NCBI GenBank assembly: GCA_938091905.1
Contig: CALKOM010000053.1
Location: 1-64,000, forward strand
DNA: 64,000 nt
Reading direction: 5' to 3'
From: an uncultured Verrucomicrobiales bacterium
Lineage (GTDB): Bacteria > Verrucomicrobiota > Verrucomicrobiia > Verrucomicrobiales > DEV007
How positions within the stretch are numbered: position 1 is the stretch's first letter; each line of letters begins with the position of its first letter. The notes beneath the pieces are model-generated. The model was given only the letters and a program-made list of their open reading frames with translations, ran no database searches and was not told the DNA's origin. The position numbers were made by a program, and so were the translations under genes. Below are positions 36,412-46,619 of this stretch, in pieces.

Positions 36412-38798
36412 TTGAGCGCCGAAGGTTCTTCAGGAACGAGCGCTTTGACGTAGTCGAAGAGTTTCTTGAACTCAGGATCGCTACGGAGATCTTTCTCCGA
36501 ATCCTTCCTGAGCTGAGCTTTCCGCTCAAGGCCATCGTGCAGTTTCTTGTGAATCTTAGCGAGCTCATCTTCAGTATATTTCTCAGTCTGCAAATCCATG
36601 ATCTTGAGCCCGTGAAGTAACTCTGCCCATTCTTCGTCCTGGATCAGCAGAAAATTAGAGTGGGCCTTCATGTCACTTCGGAGATCGTTGTTCACACTCG
36701 CTTCTCGCGTCGGTTTGGGGGTGGTGCTGCTGGAGGGTGCAACTGGCTTGATGGAAATGGACTCCAAATCGGATGATGCCAGACTATCCTTCTTTGCCGG
36801 AATGGTTAGGGGCTCGAATGGGCCGGGCTCAAGGGGCGGTCTTATATTGACCACGGTGGGAGAGGTATCGTCATTTAAAGCGCCCATCAAATAATGGTCC
36901 GAACGACTAAAGAACGTGCGGTAGGCAAGGAACAGACCGAGAGCGACAACGGCTGCGAGAATGGCTAGAGCTACCCAAGCTCCGGGAAGTGGCTCATACT
37001 GGGGTGCGGGTGCTTTCTTGCGAACATCCGGGGGGGTGTTCGGCGCGATGGGCTTCGACGTGACAATAGGTTGTTGGGCTGTGGCCCTGGCAATAAGCCT
37101 TTGGGATGATGTTTGTTCCTTGGGCTTGGTAGTCTCAGAAATGGCGTTCTGTGGCTTGGCCGGGGCTTTCTCTTGGCTTGCGGAAGCTGGTGTATTTGGA
37201 ATTGCGGGAGGTTCTGCCGCTTTAGGGTTCTTGAAAGTCACGACTTTCGAGTCGCTACGTTCGGGTATTGGTTTCGTATGGGGCCTCGAGGTCGTGCTAC
37301 CTTCAAGTGTCTGGCGCGCTGTCTTGTTAGTAGAGGGTGCGGGCTTCTTGGTCGACTCGTTAGCCGGGGCCGACGATTCAGGATGAGATTCTGGTTTCGT
37401 TGCTAGCTTCTCTTTGGCTTTGCGACTGAGTCTGAATAAGCGTTGTTTGCTCGCAACGCGTTGTGTTCCTGTGAGATCTGGGGCGCCATCGGAAGCTGAA
37501 GAATCCTTTTTGGACTCTAGCTGACGAACTGTGAAACGCTGGGTCTTCTTGAGAAACTCGTGTTGCTCTTTCTCAAGGTTCTTGCGGGCTTTTTGAATCT
37601 TCTCCCACTCACCATCAATCTTCGATTTCTCAACGCGGAGACGGTCTAGTTCGTCTGCATTGGGGAGTGCTTGGCTACTTGTTAGTTCGAGGACACGATG
37701 GCGTTCCTCCTGAAGTTCGCTCTCTAGCGTTTTTAGTTGGTCAGTGAGGGCGAGTTCTTTCTGAACTCTCTTGGTCAGTTCTACACTGAGTCGCTGGGTA
37801 TGAATCTTGGCTTTATCAAGTTCAGGATCACGTGTTAACGAGATGGTTGTTCCTGTTTTGGACGCTGTGTTCTCGGACTTGCCGAAGGGTATAAACGATG
37901 GCGGCGCTGGCTCGGTCGTAGATTCTGGAGTTTTGGGGGCGGGTGAAGAGAGTTCTGCTCTGCGTGTCTCTGCGGGTGTAAAACGAATGAATCGCTGCAA
38001 GGCACGATCCCACTCCATCAACGACTTGGGACGGTTGCGAGGGTCAGCATCGAGGACTTGTCGCAGGAGTGTGACCGGTGCGGATTCTGGAAGCATCGCC
38101 AAGTCGGGAAGTCTCTTCAACTTGAGTTCCAAGAGGTCTTCAACTGGGAGGCCAGTTAGGTATGGTGGCTTCCCTGTGAGCATGTAGTAGAGCGTCGCCC
38201 CAATTGAATAGAGGGATGCCTGTGCGGTGTCTTGGTGCCCAGCCAGAATCTCTGGGGCAAGGAATTCGGGTAGCTCCTCTTCCTCACTTGGAGCTACTAG
38301 ATTCTGTGCGAGCAGGTGAATTTGAGCGGCTTCCCCGTCTCCAGTCACCATCAGGCCGCGAGGCCACACTCGACTGAGCAGACCGGGTTTGGTTCTCACA
38401 GCGAGAAGGGCTTCGGAGATTTGCAGATGCAACTTCAGAGCATAGGGGACCTCGAAGGGGCCGGAAGCTTCGATCGATTCCTCCACAGTGTGCCCACCTG
38501 GATCTTCCAAGACATAAAAGAACTGGTCTGCATGCTGGCCAGTGTCGATAATTCGCGTGATGCTAGGGTGATCCAGCTCGATCAGGAACTTGGCATGATC
38601 GACGAATTCCTGTTGGACAGAATCGTCTGCGAGCAAGCGTTCACTAAAGATTCGCACAATGACGTGCTGATTAGATCGCGTGTCGCGGGCCCGATGGGTA
38701 GTACCAGTGCCGTCTGAAGAGAGGGTTACCAACTTTCCCGCAGCGCTAGTCTCAAGCGCATAGCTGTCGAAATGTGGGGAAAGTTTCTGCGGCATCAT
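36408..38798 (-). CDS. Hanks-type Ser/Thr kinase-like protein (probable pseudokinase) with coiled coil, Pro-rich linker and TM helix
   Basis: LDHP.I..I.D.G, FLAPE, LYSIG..LY.MLTG.PP and DP..RP are retained; the VAIK, HRD and DFG equivalents are not. Confidence 0.85.
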   Translation of the reverse strand: MMPQKLSPHFDSYALETSAAGKLVTLSSDGTGTTHRARDTRSNQHVIVRIFSERLLADDSVQQEFVDHAKFLIELDHPSITRIIDTGQHADQFFYVLEDPGGHTVEESIEASGPFEVPYALKLHLQISEALLAVRTKPGLLSRVWPRGLMVTGDGEAAQIHLLAQNLVAPSEEEELPEFLAPEILAGHQDTAQASLYSIGATLYYMLTGKPPYLTGLPVEDLLELKLKRLPDLAMLPESAPVTLLRQVLDADPRNRPKSLMEWDRALQRFIRFTPAETRRAELSSPAPKTPESTTEPAPPSFIPFGKSENTASKTGTTISLTRDPELDKAKIHTQRLSVELTKRVQKELALTDQLKTLESELQEERHRVLELTSSQALPNADELDRLRVEKSKIDGEWEKIQKARKNLEKEQHEFLKKTQRFTVRQLESKKDSSASDGAPDLTGTQRVASKQRLFRLSRKAKEKLATKPESHPESSAPANESTKKPAPSTNKTARQTLEGSTTSRPHTKPIPERSDSKVVTFKNPKAAEPPAIPNTPASASQEKAPAKPQNAISETTKPKEQTSSQRLIARATAQQPIVTSKPIAPNTPPDVRKKAPAPQYEPLPGAWVALAILAAVVALGLFLAYRTFFSRSDHYLMGALNDDTSPTVVNIRPPLEPGPFEPLTIPAKKDSLASSDLESISIKPVAPSSSTTPKPTREASVNNDLRSDMKAHSNFLLIQDEEWAELLHGLKIMDLQTEKYTEDELAKIHKKLHDGLERKAQLRKDSEKDLRSDPEFKKLFDYVKALVPEEPSALN

Positions 38799-38830
38799 AG
38801 CAAGTCTGCTAATGTATCTGCGTTTTGAGA

Positions 38831-38858
38831 GTTATAATTAATAATGATTTAGAGTCAA
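38831..38858 (-). promoter_or_regulatory. Sigma70-like promoter in AT-rich divergent intergenic region
   Basis: TTGACT-N16-TATAAC, 33 nt upstream of the kinase-like gene. Confidence 0.5.
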
Positions 38859-39105
38859 GGTATTCTCGTGATTCTTATGATATTTATTTCAGCCATGTAG
38901 AGCATGGTATTCTTGTGGTTTCAAATCTAGCTTATAAACTATCATCTAGGCAAATGATACGCTGGGCAATGGAGAGTCCTCACGTGATGGCGGCACGTTC
39001 AACTGTTCTTTCGTGAGATTAATTCTACATTATGCTTAAACTTTATTGCTGTCTTGGCCGCGAGGCTCTTCGCTGAAAGGTCACCCAAACCGCACCTACG
39101 TTATT

Positions 39106-40518
39106 ATGAGAGATTCTTCAGACACAGATCTTGCTGCCACGGCAGAATGGGGAGCCTCCGACGCGTTGCTACTTGAAGGCCTGAGTGGTCTCGACCAGCG
39201 ATTTGCGAAACTCGAGGCATCTCAGATTGAGAAGTCTATTGCCCGAGAACTCGATGAACCTCATGAGGGTCGAGTTCCTGTTGCAGGGATGACGGGCTTT
39301 CGCAGCGCGCGCGAGTTGCGCGCTGCCCAAGAGCGGGTTGCCGCCTTGGAGCGTTCCGCAGTTCGGCGTCGCGATGGCGTGACCCAGGCTCTTGGCCTGA
39401 GCGAAGCACCAATATCGAGGCAGCCCGAACATCAGCCCACGCTGGCACCACGGATGAACCAAGAACCGGCGGCAGCAACGTCAACGAATGGCGGCGTTGG
39501 TTCCGAGCGAACGTCACTGAGAGAGTTCTCGAAGACTCCTGCTGTAGTGGCACCGCCGGTGAGCGAAGTAAAGCTTGCTCTGGATCAAGAGGTTCCCACC
39601 CAAGACGTCCCACAGCAACCGGTGGTCTTTCGCAGATCGAATGCCGCCTCAAAGCGTGAGCGGGTGACGTTGGAGCCTCGACCGGTGCGGGATTTGGGCT
39701 CAAAGCCTGAGATAGAGGCCGCGGAGGTAGAGGGACGTCACATTAAGCCTCAGATGGAGCCTATTGTTAGGAGACGCAGGACATCGTCCTCATTCCTGCC
39801 GTCCGTGTTGACATCCTTCCTGCTGACAACCTTGGTTTGGGGCACTGTTTTGTTCACGGCCTGGAAGTTTGTGGGCGAGGAATGGTTTGCCAACCGCGTG
39901 CAGGAAGCGGCCTCGCGTGAAGGCACCGCGGGTAGCCAACTGCAGTTGAGCCTACAGACACTTCGTCAGGATGTGCGCAGTCTTGAGGACACCCTCACTC
40001 ATTTCCGTACTGGTTATCAGAGATTCGTGCGCATGAATGCGTTAGAGGCCTCGCTTTATGCTCACAATTCACGACAGAAGTATGACGAGTTGAAGGGGAT
40101 TGGGGAGCAGTTGGAAACGGGTAGTCCTGAGGAAGAGTTTTATAGGAGAACTAAAGTTCGAATCGAGCAGGCTTACATCAAGAGGATCGCACAATATCCT
40201 GGCCTGAATACGGCGAAGTACTTTCCTGAGTTGGGACAGCGCTCGGACAAGCGTGTTGACAAGGAAGCGCTCACGCGGTTCATCAATGACCAATCGCATC
40301 CCGGCTGGGACCGTGCTCGAGCCGCCTACTTGCTGCGCAGGTATGAAGACTCCGATTCCACTGTAGTGGGGCAGCTCCGTCAGACTGTTCGAGATGATGA
40401 GGATCTCCAAGTGTACTTTGCGGCTTGGGATTCTCTTGTAGAGATAACTGGCTACGAGCCAGGGGCAAAGGGGGATTCCCCAGCGGACTTTGATCTCTGG
40501 TGGAGCCGACGCAGTTAG
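39106..40518 (+). CDS. Hypothetical single-pass membrane protein (disordered N-terminus, coiled coil, HEAT-like C-terminus)
   Basis: Long ORF; one hydrophobic helix; RARAAYLL...L....D.DL.V..AA..SL HEAT-like pattern. Confidence 0.75.
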   Translation: MRDSSDTDLAATAEWGASDALLLEGLSGLDQRFAKLEASQIEKSIARELDEPHEGRVPVAGMTGFRSARELRAAQERVAALERSAVRRRDGVTQALGLSEAPISRQPEHQPTLAPRMNQEPAAATSTNGGVGSERTSLREFSKTPAVVAPPVSEVKLALDQEVPTQDVPQQPVVFRRSNAASKRERVTLEPRPVRDLGSKPEIEAAEVEGRHIKPQMEPIVRRRRTSSSFLPSVLTSFLLTTLVWGTVLFTAWKFVGEEWFANRVQEAASREGTAGSQLQLSLQTLRQDVRSLEDTLTHFRTGYQRFVRMNALEASLYAHNSRQKYDELKGIGEQLETGSPEEEFYRRTKVRIEQAYIKRIAQYPGLNTAKYFPELGQRSDKRVDKEALTRFINDQSHPGWDRARAAYLLRRYEDSDSTVVGQLRQTVRDDEDLQVYFAAWDSLVEITGYEPGAKGDSPADFDLWWSRRS

Positions 40519-40527
40519 GCGATTCTC

Positions 40528-42339
40528 ATGGGTGAGCCACTCCTCTGGCAGCAGATCTTCACGGTCTGTCTGGTAGTCGCTGTCTTTGTCGCCTTCGTTA
40601 CTGAGGTGCGGTCGGCAGATCTAGTTGCCATGACGGCCTTTGTCGGGCTGATTCTGACAGGGATTCTCTCGGAGTCTCATGTGGCTGCGGTCTTTGGGAC
40701 AGGGGCCCCGATCGTCATTGCCTGTATGTTCATTCTTAGTGCCGCGCTTGAGCGGACGGGAGTGATCGATTCGTTGGGCAAGTGGTTTGAGATGGCAGCT
40801 GGAAAGAGTGAATTAAGGATGTTGATAGTGTTGATGTTGCTCGTAGCTGGCTTGTCAGGATTTGTCAACAATACGCCTGTTGTTGTTGTCTTTCTGCCTG
40901 TCGTTCTGAGTTTATGTCGCAAGAGAGATTATAAGGCCTCACGCTTTCTTATTCCACTCTCCTATGCTGCGATTGCAGGAGGTACCATGACCATTATCGG
41001 CACCTCCACAAATATTCTCGCTTCAGGTATCGCCCATGAAATGGTTCCTCAAATGACGCCGATCGGCATGTTTGAGATTTTCAAGCTTGGCATCGTCTTC
41101 GTTGTGATCGTGATCGTTTACATGATGTTCGTAGGGCGCAAGCTCCTGCCTGACCGGACAACGCTATCTACTCTATTCGAAGCAGAGGAGGGTCGTGAAT
41201 TTCTAACGCAAGCACATATCGGGAAAGGCTCGCCGCTCATCGGGAAACAGTTCACGGAAACGCCGCTCGCTAAGATGCCTTCCGTTCGTGTGATCGAAGT
41301 CTTGCGGCTTGGGCGCACGGTGAGGTCGAAGCTCCCCATGGTGTGTTTTGAAGAAGGGGACCAGCTTTTGTTCAAGAGTCATGTCGCAGGGGTCATGGAT
41401 GTGAGCCAAACGCATGGCCTCGCCCTCGGGACTCAGGCAGAGCTCGGACTCGACTCTGTCCTCACTGAGTCTGCGATTCTGATGGAAGGTATCCTGGGGC
41501 CGAATTCCAACCTCATAGGGAAGAGCCTAAAGGAGCTGAACTTTCGCCAGCGATTCGGAGTGCTCATTCTTGCGGTCCATCGCAAAGGTGAGAACCTCCG
41601 CGAGCGCTTCGAAGAGGTGAAACTCGCCTTCGGAGACACGCTTCTTGTCGAAGGTCCGGTCGATAAAATGAACGCGTTATTCGCCGAGAAAGACTTTGTG
41701 AATCTCAGCCGACCTAAGCAACGAGGATTTCGCCGGTCGAAAGCTCCGTTGGCCATTGCAGCACTTCTCCTCTTTCTCCTTCTCGGTTCACTGTCGCCGA
41801 TCCCCATCGTTGGCGTGGCACTTGCTGCAGTCCTCTTGGTGCTGCTGACGGGGTGCCTGGAAGCTACCGATGCCTATCGAGCGGTAGAGTGGAAGGTGGT
41901 CTTCATGATCTTTGGGATGCTTGGGCTCGGTCTTGGGCTGCAGCAGACCCAAGTTGTCAGCCTTATCGCGAAGACCATGGTGGGCCAGCTGGAAAGTTTA
42001 GGGCCTTACGCGGTGCTGGCCATTGTCTATTTGGCAGCTGCGGTGCTGACAGAAATCATCAGTAACAACGCCGTGGCGGCGCTGCTGACGCCGGTGGCGA
42101 TTGGAATCGCCCAGGCGCTTGGGCTAGATCCGCGGCCCTTCGTCATCGCGGTCATGTTCGGCTCTAGCGCCAGTTTCGCGACCCCGATTGGTTATCAAAC
42201 GAACACCTATGTCTATGGAGCAGCGGGGTATCGATTTGGAGACTTCGGACGTGTTGGAATTCCGCTGACCGTAGTTTTATGGATCGTGGCCATTGTCCTG
42301 ATACCTGTATACTGGCCTTTTGTATCTATGGAAATTTGA
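40528..42339 (+). CDS. SLC13/DASS family permease with two TrkA-C domains
   Basis: SGFVNNTP, GG..T.IGTSTN, TE.ISNNA and TPIGYQTN motifs. Confidence 0.93.
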   Translation: MGEPLLWQQIFTVCLVVAVFVAFVTEVRSADLVAMTAFVGLILTGILSESHVAAVFGTGAPIVIACMFILSAALERTGVIDSLGKWFEMAAGKSELRMLIVLMLLVAGLSGFVNNTPVVVVFLPVVLSLCRKRDYKASRFLIPLSYAAIAGGTMTIIGTSTNILASGIAHEMVPQMTPIGMFEIFKLGIVFVVIVIVYMMFVGRKLLPDRTTLSTLFEAEEGREFLTQAHIGKGSPLIGKQFTETPLAKMPSVRVIEVLRLGRTVRSKLPMVCFEEGDQLLFKSHVAGVMDVSQTHGLALGTQAELGLDSVLTESAILMEGILGPNSNLIGKSLKELNFRQRFGVLILAVHRKGENLRERFEEVKLAFGDTLLVEGPVDKMNALFAEKDFVNLSRPKQRGFRRSKAPLAIAALLLFLLLGSLSPIPIVGVALAAVLLVLLTGCLEATDAYRAVEWKVVFMIFGMLGLGLGLQQTQVVSLIAKTMVGQLESLGPYAVLAIVYLAAAVLTEIISNNAVAALLTPVAIGIAQALGLDPRPFVIAVMFGSSASFATPIGYQTNTYVYGAAGYRFGDFGRVGIPLTVVLWIVAIVLIPVYWPFVSMEI

Positions 42340-42461
42340 GGATTGTAAATCATTTCTGCTTGATGGATCCGGCCTTTGCCCCTACTAATCCGCGCCGATC
42401 CTCGTGGGACATGGAGTTATCCAACGAGTGATCTCAACCCCAATCCAAGCTGTCCTCAAAG

Positions 42462-43589
42462 ATGCCTAAGGTCACCCCCAAGAAGAAAGCCAAGACATCT
42501 CCATCCCGGAAAGCGCCCGAGAAGAAGGCAGCTGCGCCTAAGAAGAAGGCAGTTGCGCCCAAAAAGAAGGCAGTTGCGCCCAAGAAGAAGGCAGTTGCGC
42601 CGAATAAAAAGGCAGCTGCGCCGAAGAAGAAGGCAGCTGCGCCGAAGAAGAAGGCAGCAGCACCGAAGAAGAAGGCGGCAGCACCGAAGAAGAAGGCGGC
42701 AGCACCGAAGAAAAAGGCAGCAGCACCGAAGAAGAAGGCAGTTGCGCCGAAGAAGAAGGCAGTTGCGCCGAAGAAGAAGGCAGTTGCGCCGAAGAAGAAG
42801 GCAGCAGCACCGAAGAAGAAGGCAGTTGCGCCGAAGAAGAAGGCAGATGCGCCGAAGAAGAAGGCAGTTGCGCCGAAGAAGAAGGCAGGTGCGCCGAAGA
42901 AGAAGGCAGTTGCGCCGAAGAAGAAGGCTGGTGCGCCGAAGAAGAAGGCAGCTGCGCCGAAGAAAAAGGCAGCTGCGCCGAAGAAAAAGGCTGACACCCC
43001 TGCAAAGAAAGCATCCGCACCAAAGATGACGGTGGTTGAGGTCGCTGCCAAAGCGGCGCCCCAGAAGAAGGCTGTTGCGAAAAAGAAGGCGGTTGCGAAG
43101 AAAAAGGTAGTGGCAATTGATCCATTGTTGACGGAGCCGGAGCGTCCAATCATTCCGAGTAAGCCTGCCTTTCCAAAACCTTTTCTAGAAAGACAACGAC
43201 GTAATCTGATTTCACTGCGTGAGGAACTGGTCAACACCATGGCTGGTGTGGCCAGAGGCAGTGTGGGCGAGCACGCTGATGGTGCGGAGGCTTCTGCCTT
43301 CGGTATGCACCAAGCTGATGCAGGAAGCGACGCCTATGATCGTGATTTGGCGCTCAACCTTCTGTCTCAGGAGAACAATGCGCTTCATGAAATTGAGGAC
43401 GCCTTGGAGCGAATTCGTATCGGCTCGTACGGCTACTGTGAGGTCTCAGGCCAGATCATCATGAAAGAGCGTCTGGAAGCAATTCCGTTCGCTAGACTCA
43501 CCGTTGAGTGCCAGTCCCAAATCGAAAAGCAGAATCGCTTGCGAGGCCGAACGGCTCCGGGCCCGATCTTCAAGCACTCCCAACTCTAA
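42462..43589 (+). CDS. TraR/DksA family transcription factor with histone-H1-like Lys/Ala/Pro N-terminal repeats
   Basis: C-terminal HQADAGSD...EI..AL.RI..G.YG.CE.SG..I..ERLEA.P.AR.T.ECQ. Confidence 0.9.
   Translation: MPKVTPKKKAKTSPSRKAPEKKAAAPKKKAVAPKKKAVAPKKKAVAPNKKAAAPKKKAAAPKKKAAAPKKKAAAPKKKAAAPKKKAAAPKKKAVAPKKKAVAPKKKAVAPKKKAAAPKKKAVAPKKKADAPKKKAVAPKKKAGAPKKKAVAPKKKAGAPKKKAAAPKKKAAAPKKKADTPAKKASAPKMTVVEVAAKAAPQKKAVAKKKAVAKKKVVAIDPLLTEPERPIIPSKPAFPKPFLERQRRNLISLREELVNTMAGVARGSVGEHADGAEASAFGMHQADAGSDAYDRDLALNLLSQENNALHEIEDALERIRIGSYGYCEVSGQIIMKERLEAIPFARLTVECQSQIEKQNRLRGRTAPGPIFKHSQL
42519..43022 (+). repeat. In-frame 21-bp tandem repeat, 24 units (KKKAxAP)
   Basis: Consensus AAGAAGAAGGCAG(C/T)TGCGCCG, counted from both the translation and the DNA. 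Confidence 0.97.
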
Positions 43590-43602
43590 ACGAGAGGCCA
43601 AC

Positions 43603-45408
43603 TCAAGGCTCGATCATCTCAAGTAATTCTTCCTCGATCGGCAAGGTCTTGAAGCTCTCTTTTATATTGGGTTTCGTTTCGAGGAAAGTCTTGTCGATAG
43701 AGGACATGATCGCGCCGACTCCAAGTAGCCATTGTGCTGGGCTCACGGTGCCAAGGGAGGCTTGTCGGTAGCCATCTTCGGTAGGGGTCCACACCGCTAA
43801 GGTTGGCAGGATGCCGGCCTCGCTCGATGAGGCTTGTTGCCACGGTTTGAGATCGAACTGTGGTGTTGTCTGACCTCGTTGGCCTAACCAAAGCGTTGCG
43901 GCGACCAGTGGGTGCCTAAGGGCTTCGGAGCTTCTTCGAATGATGTTCTGTGAGTCAATGAAGAGGAGTCCGGCAGACGGCGATGGAAGTCTACCTGAAA
44001 GACGTTGAAAGTCTTGGCGTTTGTTAAGGTGGGTGCCATTGAGTCGTTGCTGGTTCACTTGGATGATTCCATCTATTTGATCGCTGACTAAAAGCATGCC
44101 AGATGAGACGGAGAGGTGAATATCATCTAATAGATTCACGAGAGCTGAAGGTAGAAGAGCTGGGTCTAGCGTGTAGGTCTGAGTATCTGATTCATGGATC
44201 CCAGATCCAGATGTCAGTGATAGGATGTTTAGGGCTTGTCGAGTGGCTTCAGCGTTTCTGAGTGGAAAGGCTAGGACCGCGGCCATAGATCCGTTCGGAG
44301 AAGGCTGGTGGGCAGTGGGATTCTTTAAGGGTTCCAGCATGATTGCCCATGAACCTTCGAAGCCACTCTCCCATTTTTCAGCAATTGGATGGAGATCCGG
44401 GAGATTCTCTGCCATCCAGCGGTTCTGGAACTGGCGAAACAAGAAGTTCGTAAAACGATGCCCGCCCATCGGGGCAGCGGCATAGATCAGGGTATGAGTC
44501 GAGGTGAGAGCTAGAGCCTGATCCTGAAGGGCGTCTTTGTCAGCTCTTGTCAATTTCAATGTCGGTGGGTGAGAGGGGAGAATGCTAAAGTCCTCACGTA
44601 GAAGGCCGCTCTCGTTAGTATAGGTGATCGCGATGGCGCGGGATTGAAGCTTATGAAATTTACTGAAGAGTGTGAAAGAGGCAGTTTCGGTTGCGCTGGC
44701 TGGTTGCGGACGTAGATAAGCGAGTGCTTGGTAGCTGTTTGGCAGTGAAATGAGGGCTTGCTCAAACCTCGACTCGGTAGAGAGTGATTTGATAGGTATT
44801 TGTGTTTGAAGCCGTGTTAGGGATTTTTCTAGGAGATCGCGATTAGTGGCGATGAAATGCCAAGGGGGCTCGTGAGTTACGATGATTTCGGCGTCGCTTC
44901 TTTGAAAATGATGATAGCGTCTGCCTTTCAGGAGCTCAGAGAAAATGTCTGTTGATGAGGATCTGCCGGGAGACCAAGTTTTTCCGATAAGTGTCCGAAC
45001 GCGGCTATCAGGAGCATTTGTATGAAAAAAGGTGAGCTTGCCAGATGTAATGGTCGTCGCGGTGAAATCCTGCACATTCATCGACTGCCACTCATTCAGA
45101 TGTGGAAAGGTGTCTCTGATAGATAGAGTGGTCCGCGTCGGTGCGAGATGATTGATTGCTGCTGCCAGGGTATGATCGAATCCGAATTCAGTAAAGTAAG
45201 AGGAATTATAGGAGAGTGCGGCGTTGTTTATATCGGGAATATGAATGAATGTGAGGGCTTCTTCATCGACCAGCTGTGCGACTTCCGCAACCCGTCGCCA
45301 AGCGCCTGCCTCGGCTGCGGTCTCATTGAGCCAAACCAAAAGTCCAACAAGCAGTGCAAGAAGCAGCACTGTGAGGATGAGGTAGCGGAAGCGAGAGACG
45401 ACGTTCAT
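43603..45408 (-). CDS. Hypothetical membrane-anchored periplasmic protein (DUF3352-like architecture)
   Basis: 601-aa ORF with an N-terminal TM; family assignment tentative. Confidence 0.65.
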   Translation of the reverse strand: MNVVSRFRYLILTVLLLALLVGLLVWLNETAAEAGAWRRVAEVAQLVDEEALTFIHIPDINNAALSYNSSYFTEFGFDHTLAAAINHLAPTRTTLSIRDTFPHLNEWQSMNVQDFTATTITSGKLTFFHTNAPDSRVRTLIGKTWSPGRSSSTDIFSELLKGRRYHHFQRSDAEIIVTHEPPWHFIATNRDLLEKSLTRLQTQIPIKSLSTESRFEQALISLPNSYQALAYLRPQPASATETASFTLFSKFHKLQSRAIAITYTNESGLLREDFSILPSHPPTLKLTRADKDALQDQALALTSTHTLIYAAAPMGGHRFTNFLFRQFQNRWMAENLPDLHPIAEKWESGFEGSWAIMLEPLKNPTAHQPSPNGSMAAVLAFPLRNAEATRQALNILSLTSGSGIHESDTQTYTLDPALLPSALVNLLDDIHLSVSSGMLLVSDQIDGIIQVNQQRLNGTHLNKRQDFQRLSGRLPSPSAGLLFIDSQNIIRRSSEALRHPLVAATLWLGQRGQTTPQFDLKPWQQASSSEAGILPTLAVWTPTEDGYRQASLGTVSPAQWLLGVGAIMSSIDKTFLETKPNIKESFKTLPIEEELLEMIEP

Positions 45409-45447
45409 TGGAGAATGAAGCAGGAAAGCTCCCTAGGGTCCTCTGCT

Positions 45448-46470
45448 CTAGCCTTTCTCCAAGCTCGAAATTCGGTCCTGCATCTTCTCCAAACGCCTTT
45501 GCATCACCGTGATCTTGCGGTGCTTCTCGGCCGGCATGGCAGGGTATCCGGCATAGATCTGGCCTCCCGGCAGGCTCTTCGTCACCCCTGAACGCGCGGC
45601 CAAGGTAGACTTGCTGCCGATTTCGAGGTGCCCGGCGACACCAGACTGAGCGGCGATGACGACGTGGTCGCCAATGATCGCGCTTCCCGCGATCCCGGTG
45701 AGCGCGACGACGATACAGTGTTTTCCGATGCGGGCATTGTGCCCAATCTGGACAAGGTTATCGATCTTGGTGCCCTCTTGAATCCAAGTCTTGCCGAACC
45801 TAGCTCGATCAATGGTTGCGTTCGCGCCGACTTCGACATCGTCATCGATTTGAACGATTCCCCGTTGCTCAATCTTCTGGTGTCTGCCGTCGACCATCTC
45901 AAACCCGAACCCATCGGACCCAATGACAGCGCCTGGCTGAACAATGATTCGATGACCCAGTAGGCAATGTTCCCTAATGGATGCATTGGCTAGAATTTGG
46001 CAAGAGTCGCCAAGGCTGACTCCGCGATCCAGGCTCACGCCCTGGCCGATGTAACTCCCAGCGCCGACGCAAACACCTTCTGCAATGACTGCGCCGGCAT
46101 CAACACAGACCGTGGAGGTATCGACTTGTGCGGTGGGATGAACCTGGGCACTTGGATGGATGCCTGCTTCGAACTTGTGTAAGGGCCGCGAGAGCTGATC
46201 TACGGCGATGGCAAACGCCACAGACGGATTCTCCACGATAAGCCTGGCGCTTGCCATTGGTTCATCGAAGTCGTGAGGCACAAAGACCGCAGCAGCCTTG
46301 GTATTGCGCACTTTTGGCAAGTAGGCCGCATTCCCATAGAAGCTCACATCAGTTTCGGTAGCAGACATCAGGTCTGCGAATCCTTCGATGGTTTCGGGCA
46401 GCGGCACCGTTCCTGGTAGGAGCTTGGCTTCTGTGAGCTCTGCGAGTTCTTGCAGTGTGGTGGTATGCAT
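45448..46470 (-). CDS. lpxD: UDP-3-O-(3-hydroxyacyl)glucosamine N-acyltransferase
   Basis: Hexapeptide repeats; IGSDGFG, TIDR and [11 protein letters not shown] motifs; synteny with skp and bamA. Confidence 0.97.
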   Translation of the reverse strand: MHTTTLQELAELTEAKLLPGTVPLPETIEGFADLMSATETDVSFYGNAAYLPKVRNTKAAAVFVPHDFDEPMASARLIVENPSVAFAIAVDQLSRPLHKFEAGIHPSAQVHPTAQVDTSTVCVDAGAVIAEGVCVGAGSYIGQGVSLDRGVSLGDSCQILANASIREHCLLGHRIIVQPGAVIGSDGFGFEMVDGRHQKIEQRGIVQIDDDVEVGANATIDRARFGKTWIQEGTKIDNLVQIGHNARIGKHCIVVALTGIAGSAIIGDHVVIAAQSGVAGHLEIGSKSTLAARSGVTKSLPGGQIYAGYPAMPAEKHRKITVMQRRLEKMQDRISSLEKG

Positions 46471-46554
46471 AGAAGGGAGGTGTGCTCGGAGTGTCAGGCC
46501 AACGTCCTTCTCCGCAAGTCAATGCTGCATCCGTCGATGATCATCGTCCCGAGG

Positions 46555-46589
46555 AAACAAAAAAGGCGAGCCCCGAGAGGCTCGCCTTT
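46555..46589 (-). terminator. Intrinsic terminator after skp
   Basis: Stem AAAGGCGAGCC / GGCTCGCCTTT (46562-46589) with a T-run on the minus strand. Confidence 0.8.
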
Positions 46590-46619
46590 CTTTGATGAAA
46601 AAACTGATTGGCGCGGGAG

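Noticed and set aside
39012..39040. dif-like sequence CGTGAGATTAA-TTCTACA-TTATGCTTAAA
   Set aside because: The spacer is 7 rather than 6 nt and the XerD-like arm needs a gap; the match is plausible by chance in an AT-rich promoter region.
42376..43240. Poly-Arg (42376-43029 +), Phe/Ala (42434-43240 -) and Ser-rich (42538-43149 -) ORFs; possible CRISPR
   Set aside because: These are shadow frames of the 21-bp coding repeat. The units are contiguous with no unique spacers, and no cas genes are present.
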